A stretch of DNA of 64,000 nt from Candidatus Multivoradales bacterium (GCA_965248925.1 CBDFLE010000006.1:1536001-1600000); one strand, 5' to 3'; shown: positions 31,430 to 42,823, counted from the first letter of the stretch. A program made the numbers and translations. The notes: generated by a model not told the origin, from the letters alone.

Positions 31430-32452
31430 TCAGCGCTTTTTCTGATAGAGCCGCAAAGCCTGACTGCGCACCGCCTGGGAGACATTCTTGTCCCGCGCCA
31501 TGCTGCGCAGATCCGCGGTCGTCAAACGTGGAACCAAGCGCATCGCCTGCGGCAAGAGGGTTTTCGGGTTGCGGGCCAATGCGCGCACGATGTTGTACTT
31601 GCGAATCCACTCCCGCTTCTTGGGAATCTCGGCCAGTACTTCGCTAACCACCGATCGGCTGTTGGCGATGCGCTCGAGTTCCTGGTCGCTGAGCTGGCTG
31701 CTACGCAAGACGGTCAAAGCCACTTGCACGTTCTGATCGCGCACCAAGACTGTCCGCAGCTGACGGTTGGCGTTGCGGGCCAAGCGCATCCGCACCGGCA
31801 CCGGCAACGACCGCACATGTCCCTCCGACAGTCCCTTGCTCTCATCCACCACCTCCCCTTCGCCAGCCTGTTCACGCACCTCGTCGATGGCCTCTTGAAT
31901 ATCTTGGGCACTTAGGCTGTCGGCCTCGGCTTCGATCTCCTCGGGCTTCTTCAGCGGTACCTTGTCGCGGGGCAGCAGGTGCTCGCGATACTCCCAGATC
32001 CGCCGTCGAGTGTAGGCAGCCAACCGAGAGTTGGATTCCAAGGCCACCAAGATCTGTGGATCGGCGAGAATCGCTTCCTGCCGCAGCACCAACATTTCTT
32101 GCAGCTCGGCGTCGAGCACCGGCGCCAGCTCACGCAGCAGATCAGGGGCTACGTCGCGACGCTGCAGTACAGCGCGCAGCACCTCGGGATGGGGTACGCG
32201 GGTGGCGAAATAGCGTAGCTCAGCGGCTCCCGCCGGACCCTCGAGAAAGGCCACCGCAACGCCAGGATCGATCGCCGACAGCGCCTGGCGCGCATGACCG
32301 GCGACTTCTGGATCTGGACTCCGGGTCAGGCCAACTTGAATCGGCAGCAACACCTCAGGTTCCAGCGGCACCAATCCAGAGGCTGCCAAGACCTGCAGCT
32401 GGCGGCTGCGGCCCGAGAGAATCTGCTCGAGCAGAATGTCGCTTTCGCTCAT
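31430..32452 (-). CDS. Helical-repeat (HEAT/LRV-like) hypothetical protein
   Basis: ALARNPKT...L...DLRSMARDKNV...VRSQA repeat pattern; coupled to rodZ. Confidence 0.75.
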   Translation of the reverse strand: MSESDILLEQILSGRSRQLQVLAASGLVPLEPEVLLPIQVGLTRSPDPEVAGHARQALSAIDPGVAVAFLEGPAGAAELRYFATRVPHPEVLRAVLQRRDVAPDLLRELAPVLDAELQEMLVLRQEAILADPQILVALESNSRLAAYTRRRIWEYREHLLPRDKVPLKKPEEIEAEADSLSAQDIQEAIDEVREQAGEGEVVDESKGLSEGHVRSLPVPVRMRLARNANRQLRTVLVRDQNVQVALTVLRSSQLSDQELERIANSRSVVSEVLAEIPKKREWIRKYNIVRALARNPKTLLPQAMRLVPRLTTADLRSMARDKNVSQAVRSQALRLYQKKR

Positions 32453-32459
32453 GGCTCGA

Positions 32460-33347
32460 TCACGGTTCAGCAGCCATGAGAGAGGCCACCGTGTCGAGAT
32501 CGATCTTCAAATTTTTCAGCACTTTGCCACGGCTGATCGGCAGCGAGAAAGTGCGTTCATTGACCTCGACCCCGGCCACTCCAGCATCACCAAAGGTCAA
32601 CTGCACCTCACGTTCGGCGTTGAGTTGTAGCGACTCGCCCTGCACCCGAATTTCGCTCAGTGCCCGGACGCCATCGATCCACGCTTCGACCCAACATTGA
32701 CCAGTGAAATCGACCGTCACTCGCAGCGGCGCGAGCACAGGCGCCACACCCTCAGCCATCGGCCGAGCACCGGCAGCATCGACTTTCGGCGACGCCCCCA
32801 ACGCGGCCGGGGTCGACGTTGCCGCCACCTCACCCGCAGCTGCTGCTGCCGAAACGGGTGGCACCACCGAACTCGGTACCGCCACCGGCGAAGAGGCGGG
32901 CTCTTCACCTTGGCGACGATCGTTGTACCAACTGAGCAAGTAGACCACCAGCAGCAGCAGGGCGACCGCCGCGATCGCCATCAAATAGGCCCATATAGGG
33001 GTGCGGCGAACCGATCTGCGCGGCTCTACCTGCGTCTCCTCGCTGTCGCCAGCGCGGCGGGCAAGGTCGAAGAAATTGACCGCCTCCTCCGGCTCCAAAC
33101 CAATATAGCGAGCGTATTGGCCCAAGAATCCCCGAGCAAATACCAACGACGGTAGAACCTCGAATTTCTCTTCCTCGAAGGCCTGCAGGTAGCGCAAGCT
33201 GATCTTGGTGGAATCGGCGATCTCTCGCAGGGTAATCTCTCGGCCTTCGCGCTGACAGCGCAGCCAAGTACCAAAGCCTTGCCCCTCGGGGTCAAGGGCC
33301 GCGGAAGTTTCGTCGCTCTGGTTTCCAGTTGGTCGGCTTTCGGTCAT
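32460..33347 (-). CDS. rodZ: RodZ-like cytoskeleton protein (HTH, TM, DUF4115)
   Basis: FGTWLRCQRE...TKISLRYLQAFE...FARGFLGQYARYIGL; TM; CWVEAWIDG...FGDAG. Confidence 0.85.
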   Translation of the reverse strand: MTESRPTGNQSDETSAALDPEGQGFGTWLRCQREGREITLREIADSTKISLRYLQAFEEEKFEVLPSLVFARGFLGQYARYIGLEPEEAVNFFDLARRAGDSEETQVEPRRSVRRTPIWAYLMAIAAVALLLLVVYLLSWYNDRRQGEEPASSPVAVPSSVVPPVSAAAAAGEVAATSTPAALGASPKVDAAGARPMAEGVAPVLAPLRVTVDFTGQCWVEAWIDGVRALSEIRVQGESLQLNAEREVQLTFGDAGVAGVEVNERTFSLPISRGKVLKNLKIDLDTVASLMAAEP

Positions 33348-33752
33348 CCATCCACGCCTCTTCACAAGCTCTCGACCGGTGATCGACTCAGTCGTTCTCT
33401 ACCGACGGTTCGCCATCTTCGCGCCTTGCTTCTAGCGGTTGATTCTACTCAGTTTAGCAGAACGTCTCCAGCCCGAAAGTGAGTCCGCCGGGTAACCCCC
33501 GAGGACCTCTGCCGTCGAGCACATAGTTGCCTCCCCGACAAGCCACTCAAGAAGGCCAGAATCCTCCAGCAAAAGGGCGGGCCGAGCCCTCCATCACCTG
33601 CCAGTATCCGCTGCGAGCCAACATCCTGCCCCGTCCGGCTTGCCTTTCGACCTCAATTGCCTTTACCTTAACGGGAAATCCCGACATCTGGCGGCAATGC
33701 GCGAGCACACCGTAGAAAGTAACCAGCCTCGATCTGATACTTTGGGAGAGTC

Positions 33753-35837
33753 ATGAGCATTCCAAGCGAAATCAAAGAACTCCTCAACGCCGCTAACTTC
33801 GACGCGGTCGAGGAAGCATGGCTCAACCGCCTCAACGATCGGCTGTTCGATTTGCGCTGGTTCTCCAGTGTCGCCCGCGCCTTGGCTCGCGCTGGCGACC
33901 ATGAACGCACCCAGCTGCTGGTCGGCCTGCTCGATGAGCATCTGGCCGACGATGAAAAATGGAGCACCCGGCTGGAGATGTTGCGCAGCGATGGTCAGCT
34001 GATGCAGCCCCAGACCGGCAAGCTGCACGAGATCATTCTCGAGACCCTGGAGAAACTCTACGGCGAAAAAAGCAGCTATCAGCAGATGGTCGACAAAGTG
34101 GGTCTAAGCAAAGCCATCGACGACATTCCCAAGACCTGGAAGAAAGTCGACCGACTGGTAACCCTTCTGACCTACGACATCGGCTCGATCGTGCTGATGG
34201 AAGGCAAGGGCGCCGGCCAGGTCATCGACATCAACATGGCGCTGGAGAGCTTTAAGATCGACTTCGAGAGCCATCCCGGCCTGCTAGTGGGCTTCCGTGC
34301 CGCCGGTAAGATGCTTCAGCCCCTCGATCCTGGCCACTTGCTGCGGCGCAAATTCGAACAGCCCGAGGCCCTCGCCAAACTGCGCGACGAGTCGCCGGCA
34401 GAACTACTGCGCGCCTTGCTAGGCAGCTACGACGGACCCCGCACCGGCGCCGAGATTCGCCGCGATCTGGCCGGCATCGTCGCCGACAACAAATGGAATA
34501 GCTGGTGGTCCGCGGCGCGCAAGCATCCGCAAGTGATGATCGAAGCCAAGGGCCGCCGTGCTTACCGCTGGGCGGAGTCCACCGAGGACGCCGAAGACGC
34601 TGTATGGCTGAGCTTCGAGGCCGCTAAACCACGCGCCCAGATCGACTTGCTGCGGCGCGAAGGAAGTCGCGAACGACACCTGAAGGAACGCATGTCACAG
34701 CGACTGGCAGCGACCGCCGCCAAGGTCTTGGCCGAAGAACCAGGCCTGGCAGCAGAGATCTGGTTTGCCCTCGATCGCCACGGCAAGCTACCCGCCACCG
34801 AGCCTTCGTGGTCACCCCACGCATCGATTCCCGCATCCAGCGACGCCAACCAGCTGATTCGTGGCATGCAAGATCGGGCGCGGCGCGAGAGCGGGTACGA
34901 GATCGCCCGTCGAACCCGTCAAGACTGGGGCGAGATCTTCGCCTCCGCGCTGTGGCACGAAAGCGAGTCGCGCTCCTTGGACTACTTGTCGAGCCAGCTG
35001 GTCGAAGGAGCGCCGCAGCTCTTCGACAGCTTCTTCGATCAAGCTCTGAGCCAACCCCGCAAAGGCCCAGCAGCTTTCGCTTGGCTCGCCGAACGCTCAG
35101 CAGAGAAAGAAGCTTGGCAACAGCGCAACTCACTACGTTTGCTGCAGCAGATCCTATGGGCTCTCGACAGTCCTGATTTTGCCCCCTATCGCACCCGCCT
35201 GGTCAATCTTTGCGAGTCCGGCGGCACTTTGCCGCGGCTGCTCAACCACCTCAGCGAAGACCAAGCTGAGCGCGCCCTCGAGTCGATCGACAAGGCAGGC
35301 GGTCTGGCCGAATACCAGCGCGAACCGCTGGTCAGTGCCATCGAGCTACGCTTCTCCAGCCTGCGGAAAGAAGACCAGGCACCGCTCTACGCTACCGCTG
35401 AAGCGATCGAGAACAAGCGGGCCGAGCTCAAGAACCTGGCGGAGGTGGAGATCCCCACCAATCGGCAGGCGATCGAAGAAGCCCGCGCCATGGGCGACTT
35501 GCGCGAGAACTTCGAGTACAAAGCAGCTCGCCAACGCCATGAATACCTGTCGGCGCGGGCCGCCGCGCTGAGCGGTGATCTCACTCGTGTACGGCCGATC
35601 GATGTCTCCGTGGTGTCCGGCAAGGAGGTGGTGATCGGCAGCCGAACGACCCTCGAGACCGAGGGTGGGGGCCGGATCGTCACCATCCTGGGCCCGTGGA
35701 ATAGCGAGCCCGAGAAAGACATCCTGTCGAACGAGTCAGATCTCGCCAAAGCAATGCTCGGCGCCAAGCCGGGCGACAAGGTCGAGCTACCGGACGGTGT
35801 GACTTACAAGATCGCCAGCATCGAGCCCTACATCTGA
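33753..35837 (+). CDS. greA: GreA/GreB-family elongation factor with ~540-aa N-terminal extension
   Basis: C-terminal IEEARAMGDLRENFEYKAAR and ILGPWNSEPEKDILSNESDLAKAMLG. Confidence 0.88.
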   Translation: MSIPSEIKELLNAANFDAVEEAWLNRLNDRLFDLRWFSSVARALARAGDHERTQLLVGLLDEHLADDEKWSTRLEMLRSDGQLMQPQTGKLHEIILETLEKLYGEKSSYQQMVDKVGLSKAIDDIPKTWKKVDRLVTLLTYDIGSIVLMEGKGAGQVIDINMALESFKIDFESHPGLLVGFRAAGKMLQPLDPGHLLRRKFEQPEALAKLRDESPAELLRALLGSYDGPRTGAEIRRDLAGIVADNKWNSWWSAARKHPQVMIEAKGRRAYRWAESTEDAEDAVWLSFEAAKPRAQIDLLRREGSRERHLKERMSQRLAATAAKVLAEEPGLAAEIWFALDRHGKLPATEPSWSPHASIPASSDANQLIRGMQDRARRESGYEIARRTRQDWGEIFASALWHESESRSLDYLSSQLVEGAPQLFDSFFDQALSQPRKGPAAFAWLAERSAEKEAWQQRNSLRLLQQILWALDSPDFAPYRTRLVNLCESGGTLPRLLNHLSEDQAERALESIDKAGGLAEYQREPLVSAIELRFSSLRKEDQAPLYATAEAIENKRAELKNLAEVEIPTNRQAIEEARAMGDLRENFEYKAARQRHEYLSARAAALSGDLTRVRPIDVSVVSGKEVVIGSRTTLETEGGGRIVTILGPWNSEPEKDILSNESDLAKAMLGAKPGDKVELPDGVTYKIASIEPYI

Positions 35838-35849
35838 GCCACCGGCCGC

Positions 35850-38687
35850 TCAGGCGGTGGTTGCCCGACCGGCACGCTTGAGCAGCCGGCCGAGGTAGCG
35901 GCCGGTATGACTGCCAACGACTTCGGCCACCTGCTCAGGGGTGCCTTGAGCCACAAGCTCCCCCCCTCCCGCGCCACCTTCCGGACCGAGGTCGAGGAGC
36001 CAGTCGGCAGTCTTGATGACCTCCAGATTGTGCTCCACTACGATCACCGTATTGCCCTTGTCAACCAGCTGTTGCAGCACCTCGAGTAGCTTGCGAATAT
36101 CCTCGAAATGCAGCCCGGTGGTCGGCTCATCAAGCAAATAAAGAGTGCGCCCGGAAGCCCGTTTCGACAACTCCGTGGCCAACTTGACTCGTTGCGCCTC
36201 GCCGCCCGACAGGGTGGTCGCCGGCTGGCCGAGGCGGATATAACCCAGGCCAACAGCGTTGAGGGTGCCGAGAATCCGCGCCACCGGCGGAATGTTCTCG
36301 AACACCTCGAGCGCCTGCTCGACCGACAGGGCCAGAATCTCGGCAATATTCAACCCGCGATAGCGTACCGCCAGAGTCTCGCGGTCGTAGCGCTTGCCGC
36401 CACAGACCTCGCAGGTGACATAGATATCGGGCAAAAAGTGCATCTCGATCTTGTTCTGACCGTCGCCGCTGCAGGCCTCGCAGCGCCCCCCCTTGACGTT
36501 GAATGAGAAACGCCCCGGCAGGTAGCCGCGGGTCCGCGCCTCCTGAGTCTTGGCCATCAGACTGCGAATATGGCCGAAGACCTGGGTGTAAGTCGCCGGG
36601 TTGGAACGCGGAGTGCGACCAATCGGACTCTGATCGATCGAAATCACCTTGTCGAGATACTTGAGCCCGAGCAGCTCATCATGGGCCCCGGAACGTTCGC
36701 GAGAACGGTAGAAATGCTGCGCCAGAGCACGGTGCAAGATATCGCTCACCAGGCTGCTCTTGCCCGAGCCCGACACCCCGGTCACCACCGTCAAGCGACC
36801 GATCGGAAAAGCCGCGTCAATACCCTGCAAGTTGTTGTGCCGTGCCCCCTTGACGATCAGCCGCTTCTCCAACTCTGGCGGCCGCCGTTGGGGAATCGGT
36901 ATCGCCAACTCACCGCTGAGGTACTTGCCCGTCAGACCCAAAGATCCTGCTTCGAGATCCTCTGGGGTGCCCTCGGCAACCACCTCGCCACCGTGAATGC
37001 CAGCCCCCGGACCGAGGTCAAGCACCCAATCGGCAGCACGAATAGTGTCCTCATCGTGCTCGACCACCAGCACCGAATTGCCCAGGTCGCGCATTTCGCG
37101 CAAAGTGCTGATCAAGCGCTCGTTATCGCGTTGGTGCAGGCCGATGGAGGGCTCGTCGAGGACATAGAGCACCCCCATCAACTTGGAACCGATCTGGGTC
37201 GCCAAGCGAATACGCTGGCTCTCGCCCCCCGACAAAGTAGCCGAAGAGCGGTCCAGGGTGAGGTAGCCGACCCCCACATCACGCAAAAAACCGAGCCGAT
37301 CGCGGATCTCCTGCAACACCTTGGTGACAATTACCACCTGCCGTTCAGTGAGCTGAAAATCACCCACCACCTCGAGCAACTCCCACACCGGCAGGGCCAA
37401 CAAATGATCGATCGAATGCCCCGACACAGTGACCGCCAGAGCCTCCGGACGCAACCGCCGCCCAGCGCAAGCCGGGCACGAATGCACCGACATGTACTTC
37501 TCAATTTCACTCCGCACCGACGCCGACTCGGTCTCCCGGTAGCGGCGATCGAGCCGCGTCACCAGACCTTCAAACGAACCCTTCCACTGGTAGCGAGAGC
37601 GCTTGCCTACGAAACTGAACTCCAGTTCCCGATCACCGCTGCCGTAGAGCAACACCTGACGCACCTTCTTGGTCAGTTTGCACCACGGCTTGTGCAGCGA
37701 AAAGCGCAGCTGCTTAGCCAGCGTCTCGACCATCCGCATCTGGTGCGACGACGAGCCTGCCCGCCATGGTCCCACCGCGCCGGCGGCAATCGAACGCTGC
37801 GGATCTACCACCACCTTGTCCTCATCGACCCCCATCAGCGTGCCCAAGCCAGAGCAAGTCGTACAGGCCCCATACGGGCTGTTGAAGGAGAACAACCGCG
37901 GCGTGATCTCGGTCAGGCCGGTGCCGCAGTCAGCACAGGCATAGCTCTCAGACAGCGTCTCCTCGGGCTGCCCATGGGCGGCGACCAGCACCAGCCCACC
38001 GCCCACCTTGAGCGCTGTTTCGATCGACGACGCCAGTCGTTTCTCGATTCCCGGCTTCACCACCAGCCGGTCGATGACGATGTCGATACTGTGCTTCTTC
38101 TGCTTGTCGAGGGTCGGCGGCTGGCTGGCAAGATCCACCACTTCGCCATCGATACGCGCGCGGATGAAGCCCTCTCGCGCCATCTGCCGCAGCTGCTTGC
38201 GATATTCGCCCTTCTTGCCCCGAATGTAGGGAGCGTAGAGGATCACCCGCGTCTTCTGCTTCAGATTCGCCACCCGATCGACCATCTGTTGGACGGTCTG
38301 AGGCCGGATGACTTGGCCACATTGCGGGCAGTGCGGCTCACCCACCGAAGCGTAGAGCAGGCGCAGGTAGTCTTGAATCTCGGTCACCGTGCCGACCGTC
38401 GAGCGCGGGTTCTTCGACACCGATTTCTGCTCAATAGAAATCGCCGGCGACAACCCCTCGATAGCGTCGACATCTGGCTTCTCCATCTGCTGCAAGAACT
38501 GCCGGGCGTAGGTCGAGAGGGATTCGACATAGCGCCGCTGGCCCTCTGCAAAGAGCGTGTCGAAGGCTAGCGAGGACTTGCCAGAGCCCGAGACCCCGGT
38601 CACCACCACCAGGCGATTGCGCGGGATCTCGACATCGATGTTGCGTAGGTTGTGCTCGCGGGCACCGCGTACTGTGATCTTGTCCAT
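35850..38687 (-). CDS. uvrA: Excinuclease ABC subunit A
   Basis: [14 protein letters not shown]; two [10 protein letters not shown] Walker A motifs; Zn fingers; LSGGE. Confidence 0.98.
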   Translation of the reverse strand: MDKITVRGAREHNLRNIDVEIPRNRLVVVTGVSGSGKSSLAFDTLFAEGQRRYVESLSTYARQFLQQMEKPDVDAIEGLSPAISIEQKSVSKNPRSTVGTVTEIQDYLRLLYASVGEPHCPQCGQVIRPQTVQQMVDRVANLKQKTRVILYAPYIRGKKGEYRKQLRQMAREGFIRARIDGEVVDLASQPPTLDKQKKHSIDIVIDRLVVKPGIEKRLASSIETALKVGGGLVLVAAHGQPEETLSESYACADCGTGLTEITPRLFSFNSPYGACTTCSGLGTLMGVDEDKVVVDPQRSIAAGAVGPWRAGSSSHQMRMVETLAKQLRFSLHKPWCKLTKKVRQVLLYGSGDRELEFSFVGKRSRYQWKGSFEGLVTRLDRRYRETESASVRSEIEKYMSVHSCPACAGRRLRPEALAVTVSGHSIDHLLALPVWELLEVVGDFQLTERQVVIVTKVLQEIRDRLGFLRDVGVGYLTLDRSSATLSGGESQRIRLATQIGSKLMGVLYVLDEPSIGLHQRDNERLISTLREMRDLGNSVLVVEHDEDTIRAADWVLDLGPGAGIHGGEVVAEGTPEDLEAGSLGLTGKYLSGELAIPIPQRRPPELEKRLIVKGARHNNLQGIDAAFPIGRLTVVTGVSGSGKSSLVSDILHRALAQHFYRSRERSGAHDELLGLKYLDKVISIDQSPIGRTPRSNPATYTQVFGHIRSLMAKTQEARTRGYLPGRFSFNVKGGRCEACSGDGQNKIEMHFLPDIYVTCEVCGGKRYDRETLAVRYRGLNIAEILALSVEQALEVFENIPPVARILGTLNAVGLGYIRLGQPATTLSGGEAQRVKLATELSKRASGRTLYLLDEPTTGLHFEDIRKLLEVLQQLVDKGNTVIVVEHNLEVIKTADWLLDLGPEGGAGGGELVAQGTPEQVAEVVGSHTGRYLGRLLKRAGRATTA

Positions 38688-38734
38688 CGGGACGACAGAC
38701 TCTAGCCGATTCATCGGCAGCTGGCCAGATACGA

Positions 38735-38774
38735 CAAAGGTCCGGAGCCCGCCTTGCGGCATCCCTCCGGACCT
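38735..38774 (-). terminator. Terminator-like hairpin
   Basis: AGGTCCGGAG...CTCCGGACCT 10-bp stem followed by TTGT on the minus strand. Confidence 0.45.
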
Positions 38775-38811
38775 CGATTGTCTTGAGCAAGCGACAATTG
38801 ACTCCTCGGAC

Positions 38812-39290
38812 TTAGCCCACCGGACCGCCCGGGTCGTCCTCGTCACACTCGATGTTCTGAGCGTCAATAGCATCTAACAGCAAATTGCTGCAAACGTCGA
38901 GCTGCGCCTCGGTGATCTCAAGATGGAGATCGATGTCGTCACTGAACACACCACATTGCGGTGGCGTGCCGAGGTGGATAGCACCGACCAGATCACCACT
39001 AATGACTTCGATAGAGTCGGTGCTGATCTCACAGCTATAGATCTAGGTAGATAGATCTGGGTTCTCCTGAAGACACTGCCAGCTAGTGAATTACAGGAGA
39101 CCCCACCCTCCAGAGAGCCCGAGTGGTCTTCAACTACAACGCCAGAGTTCCCTCCCCCGGACTTCCATGTGCAGTGCCTGCCACGACTCGTGGTGGGGAT
39201 CGAGTCCGCAAGCAACCACCCTCCCACGCTCGTCGGTCTACTCAACGGCGATACGGGGAAGAGATTCAGATCAGCTTTGAATCTGATCAT
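38812..39290 (-). pseudogene. Possible frameshifted Cys-containing protein
   Basis: AGGAGAA-ATG at 39290. Removing 14 bp between two ATAGATCT direct repeats (39037-39044 and 39051-39058) joins it to a protein-like frame ending at TAA 38812. Confidence 0.35.
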
Positions 39291-39631
39291 TTCTCCTGCC
39301 TAAAATCCCTGACCTTGGCCATCACTCCAACGTCGCGAGCCGCGCGAAAAAATTCTATTTCTTGCATCGAGAATGAGGGAATCCAACCTACTAATCCGCC
39401 TCTTTAAGCAGAGGAACCGCGGTCCCGAGCTTGCCGTCCTCGGACGGGAGGCTTTCGGCGGCCAGCCAGCTGCTCCGCGAGCACTGGCAGCTGCCGAAGC
39501 AGGGACACAAATCCTCGACCCCAGTTTGCCTCCGCGGTAGGAGAGACAACGGCCACGTCGGCCGGCCGCGGAGGTCATTTTTTGCCCTCAAACCTCCCCT
39601 TGCCTCCCCTCTCACCCCACCAGACTCTGCC

Positions 39632-39963
39632 GGCGACTTGCGCACCGCCAGCGGTGAATAACTGCACCTGGACGACTTTGGTACCGGCTACGCTTCGCTC
39701 AGCTATCTGCGGCAATTTCCCTGCCGAGCGATCAAGATCGACCGCAGCTTCCTCACTCAAGACGGCAACAGATCCTCAACAGCATGGTCAGTTTGGCGCG
39801 AGTTCTGGGACTCGGAGTGACCGCCGAAGGAGTTGAAACTGAGGCCCAGCTCGACCGCGTCCGCCAGCTCGGCTGCGACCACGCCCAAGGCTATCTACTA
39901 GCCCGGCCCCTCGACGCCACCGCGATCTAGACATTGATCGAGGGCGATCTGCCGCTGTGCTAA
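39632..39963 (+). pseudogene. EAL (c-di-GMP phosphodiesterase) domain remnant
   Basis: [30 protein letters not shown], frameshift, then [31 protein letters not shown]; in-frame stops; no N-terminal half. Confidence 0.85.
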
Positions 39964-40016
39964 GAAGGTGTCTTGGCAGATTGTGCGTGGGACCTGCCCA
40001 GCATCGTTGGCACAGC

Positions 40017-41912
40017 TCACCGGCGAACGATCTGTCGCTGATCGCCCAACCGACGGGTGGCGCCGATCGAATCTAGGTGCTCGAGCAGCGGGATTGCCCA
40101 CTTGCGGCTGAGGCCGAAGCGCTCCTTGAACTGTGCGACGGTGATCTGATCGAGTCCGCTTTGCTCAAGCTCGTCGCGCAGTCGATCGACCGATCTGGCC
40201 GCCAGCATCAACCCTGAGGAAAGGCGCACCAGCTGACCGCCGTCAAGCAAGTATTTGACCAATCCGGCGACAATTTGTCGCTTGGCGCCAAGTTCTGCGT
40301 CGAGTTGATCGGGGTGGGGTGGGGTCAGTCCAGCAGCTTCGACCCGGGCGAGCAAGTCTTCGGCCAGCCTGGATTCTTCACCGCTCAGCTGAGCCTCGCG
40401 CCCTGGAAGATTGACCCGACCACCGGCGCTCTCGAGCACTTTCTGGGCCGCCAACCAACGGAGGTAGAAGTCGGCGAGTTCGTGGGCTTTCTTGGGCAGC
40501 AGACGCGACAGTAGCTCGGCTTTGGGCATGCTACGCGCCAGACGATCGGCGGCAAAGTAGTCGCTCAGCACCTGCCGAGCCTGTTCGGCAACCCGCTGCA
40601 CGACACGCGGCTCAAGCCAGCGGCGACCACGACCGGAGTCGAGACTCAACAATCGGCCTTCTTTGACCTGCTCGTCGAGGGCAGCACTGGCGCGAGCGGT
40701 CGGCCACCCTAGACGACGGGCGACAACGCTGGCCTCGATCCCCCGCTCAGCACCTTCTGCAACCCACAAACACAATGCCTTGCCGGGCTCACCGAGGGCC
40801 TTGAGCGCCGCCGTCAACTGGCGACCGCGACGGCGGCGCCAACGGGGATCGAGGATCTCCCCACCACCGAGAGTGGTCGCCGGAGAAGGCCGACGCACCA
40901 CGAAGCGATCGCCGCGCACGGCGGTGATGGCCTCTGCCAGGCGAATTTCCACCCAGCCTTCGTCTCCGGGCTCCAGCACCTGGCCACCCAGCGGCCTCAG
41001 CTTGCCGATTACTTCCGAGGAATAGAGGTGGAGGCGCACCGGCACGAAGGACTTCAGTGCTTCCGGAGCGTCTTCGAGCAACGTAAATCTGGCGCAGAGG
41101 CCTTTGCTGGCTTCGAAAGCCCCGGGCGTAGTCAGTTGCACGCCGCGAGCAACCCGCTGCAGATCGATACCGCCCAGTTGGACGGCGGTGCGTTCCCCCG
41201 CCTCGGCCTTGTCGCGGGCGCTACCGTGGACTTCCAAACCACGCACCTTGGCGCTCTCACCGGCTGGCAACACCGCCACCGCCCGCCCGCTCTCTAGAGA
41301 GCCGCTGATCAGCGTGCCGGTGGCGACCACGCCGAGACCTCGGAGGTGGAATGCCCGGTCTATCGGCAGGCGTAAGGGCAGCTCCGGATCGGCCTCCACC
41401 GCAGCTTCTCGTGCCCTGACGAGTAAGGCCCGGCGCAACTCCTCCAGCCCTTCACCCGTGGTGCTCGACACTGGCATCACCGGCGCTCCAGCAAAGGCGG
41501 TGTCGGTGAGCAGCTCTTCGACTTCGAGCTGCGCCAGCTCCAGGAGATCGTCGTCCACCAAATCGCGCTTGGTCAGCGCCACCACGCCACCCTGAATGCC
41601 CAGCAGGCGGCAGATCGCCAAATGTTCGCGGGTTTGTGGCTTGACTCCCTCGTCGGCGGCGACCACCAGCAGCATCAAACGAATGCCGCCGAGACCGGCC
41701 AGAGCATTGTGCAAGAAACGCTCGTGACCAGGTACATCGATAAAACCGACCTGCAAATCGCCGTCTTCGAGATGGGCAAAACCGAGGTCGATGGTGATGC
41801 CCCGCGCCTTCTCCTCGGCCCAACGGTCGCAGTCGGTGCCGGTGAGGGCTTCGAGCAGGCGGGTCTTGCCGTGGTCGATGTGACCCGCGGTACCGATGAT
41901 GACGCGCTGCAT
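40017..41912 (-). CDS. selB: Selenocysteine-specific elongation factor
   Basis: [31 protein letters not shown]; C-terminal winged helix [15 protein letters not shown]. Confidence 0.97.
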   Translation of the reverse strand: MQRVIIGTAGHIDHGKTRLLEALTGTDCDRWAEEKARGITIDLGFAHLEDGDLQVGFIDVPGHERFLHNALAGLGGIRLMLLVVAADEGVKPQTREHLAICRLLGIQGGVVALTKRDLVDDDLLELAQLEVEELLTDTAFAGAPVMPVSSTTGEGLEELRRALLVRAREAAVEADPELPLRLPIDRAFHLRGLGVVATGTLISGSLESGRAVAVLPAGESAKVRGLEVHGSARDKAEAGERTAVQLGGIDLQRVARGVQLTTPGAFEASKGLCARFTLLEDAPEALKSFVPVRLHLYSSEVIGKLRPLGGQVLEPGDEGWVEIRLAEAITAVRGDRFVVRRPSPATTLGGGEILDPRWRRRRGRQLTAALKALGEPGKALCLWVAEGAERGIEASVVARRLGWPTARASAALDEQVKEGRLLSLDSGRGRRWLEPRVVQRVAEQARQVLSDYFAADRLARSMPKAELLSRLLPKKAHELADFYLRWLAAQKVLESAGGRVNLPGREAQLSGEESRLAEDLLARVEAAGLTPPHPDQLDAELGAKRQIVAGLVKYLLDGGQLVRLSSGLMLAARSVDRLRDELEQSGLDQITVAQFKERFGLSRKWAIPLLEHLDSIGATRRLGDQRQIVRR

Positions 41913-41963
41913 GGCAAGCAAAAGGCGACGATTAGAGGTTTGGAAGGTAGCAGTGCTGGCGAG

Positions 41964-42413
41964 CTAGCCCGCCAGCACCTCGCGGGCGATGCGGCTGATG
42001 GTCGAGCCACTAGCGGTGGCACCGAAGCGCGACAACATCGCCTTCATGATCGCGCCCATCGCTTGCAAGCCGGTCATCCCTTCGCTCTGGACCAGCTCGG
42101 TGATGGCTTGCCGGATCTCGTCTTCGCCGACCTGCTGTGGCAAATACTCGGACAAGATCTCGGCTTCGCGCTCTTCCTTCTCGGCCAGCTCGACGCGATC
42201 GCCCTTGCGGAATTGTTCGGCGGCCTCCTTGCGCTGCTTGACACTGCGTTGCAGCAAGCGGATGAAGCCGTCGGAATCGACCTCTTCCCGGCGCTGGATC
42301 TGGTCGTTCTTGATCGCTGTCAGCAGCATTCTCAAAGTCGCCAAGCGCTCTGGCTGACGCGCTTTCATGGCTGTCTTGAGATCGGCTTGGATACGTTCTT
42401 GGGGGGTGCTCAT
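41964..42413 (-). CDS. GatB/YqeY domain protein
   Basis: DLKTAMKA...LRML...KQRKEAAEQF..G.R.ELAEKE...YLP...MGAIM. Confidence 0.92.
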   Translation of the reverse strand: MSTPQERIQADLKTAMKARQPERLATLRMLLTAIKNDQIQRREEVDSDGFIRLLQRSVKQRKEAAEQFRKGDRVELAEKEEREAEILSEYLPQQVGEDEIRQAITELVQSEGMTGLQAMGAIMKAMLSRFGATASGSTISRIAREVLAG

Positions 42414-42642
42414 GAGATGCCGATTATAACCATGCTGGAGGACTGTGCTACCTTGGGACCGTCCGTTACAGAATTCTCCATGGCGCTCCCACCCGCGGGC
42501 GGGGTGCCAGCGGTAAGTGTACCGTTCCTGCACGGGGAAGGCAGGCTTGGAATTTGCCTGCCGCTGGTTTCGGATTCGTTCCCGACGCATGGCTCACCGT
42601 GGATCCGTGCGCGGGCCTCTACCCATAGTCGAAGGAGACCCA

Positions 42643-42813
42643 ATGAACCTGAACGCACCAAAACAGATCACTTGGCTGATCGCTGTCATTCTTGGAGTGG
42701 TGGGTATCGTCGGACACTACGCGGCCCTTGGAGCGATATCTGGCTACTCGTTCGTACTAGTTTGCCTAGGCTTCGTATTGCTCGCCTTGGGAACCCTCCT
42801 GAAGGGACTGTAG
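42643..42813 (+). CDS. Small two-TM membrane protein (56 aa)
   Basis: GAAGGAG RBS; MNLNAPKQITWLIAVILG...LLKGL; hairpin downstream. Confidence 0.8.
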   Translation: MNLNAPKQITWLIAVILGVVGIVGHYAALGAISGYSFVLVCLGFVLLALGTLLKGL

Positions 42814-42823
42814 CCAGATTGTA

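Noticed and set aside
36570-38570. 666-aa plus-strand ORF and many similar overlapping ORFs
   Set aside because: Antisense shadow frames of uvrA and other real genes, typical of high-GC codon bias; no motifs.
40017-41912. Selenoprotein genes, selA or tRNA-Sec near selB
   Set aside because: I found no convincing in-frame UGA with downstream homology or a SECIS, and no selA/selC/selD, by eye; a dedicated scan could still find one.
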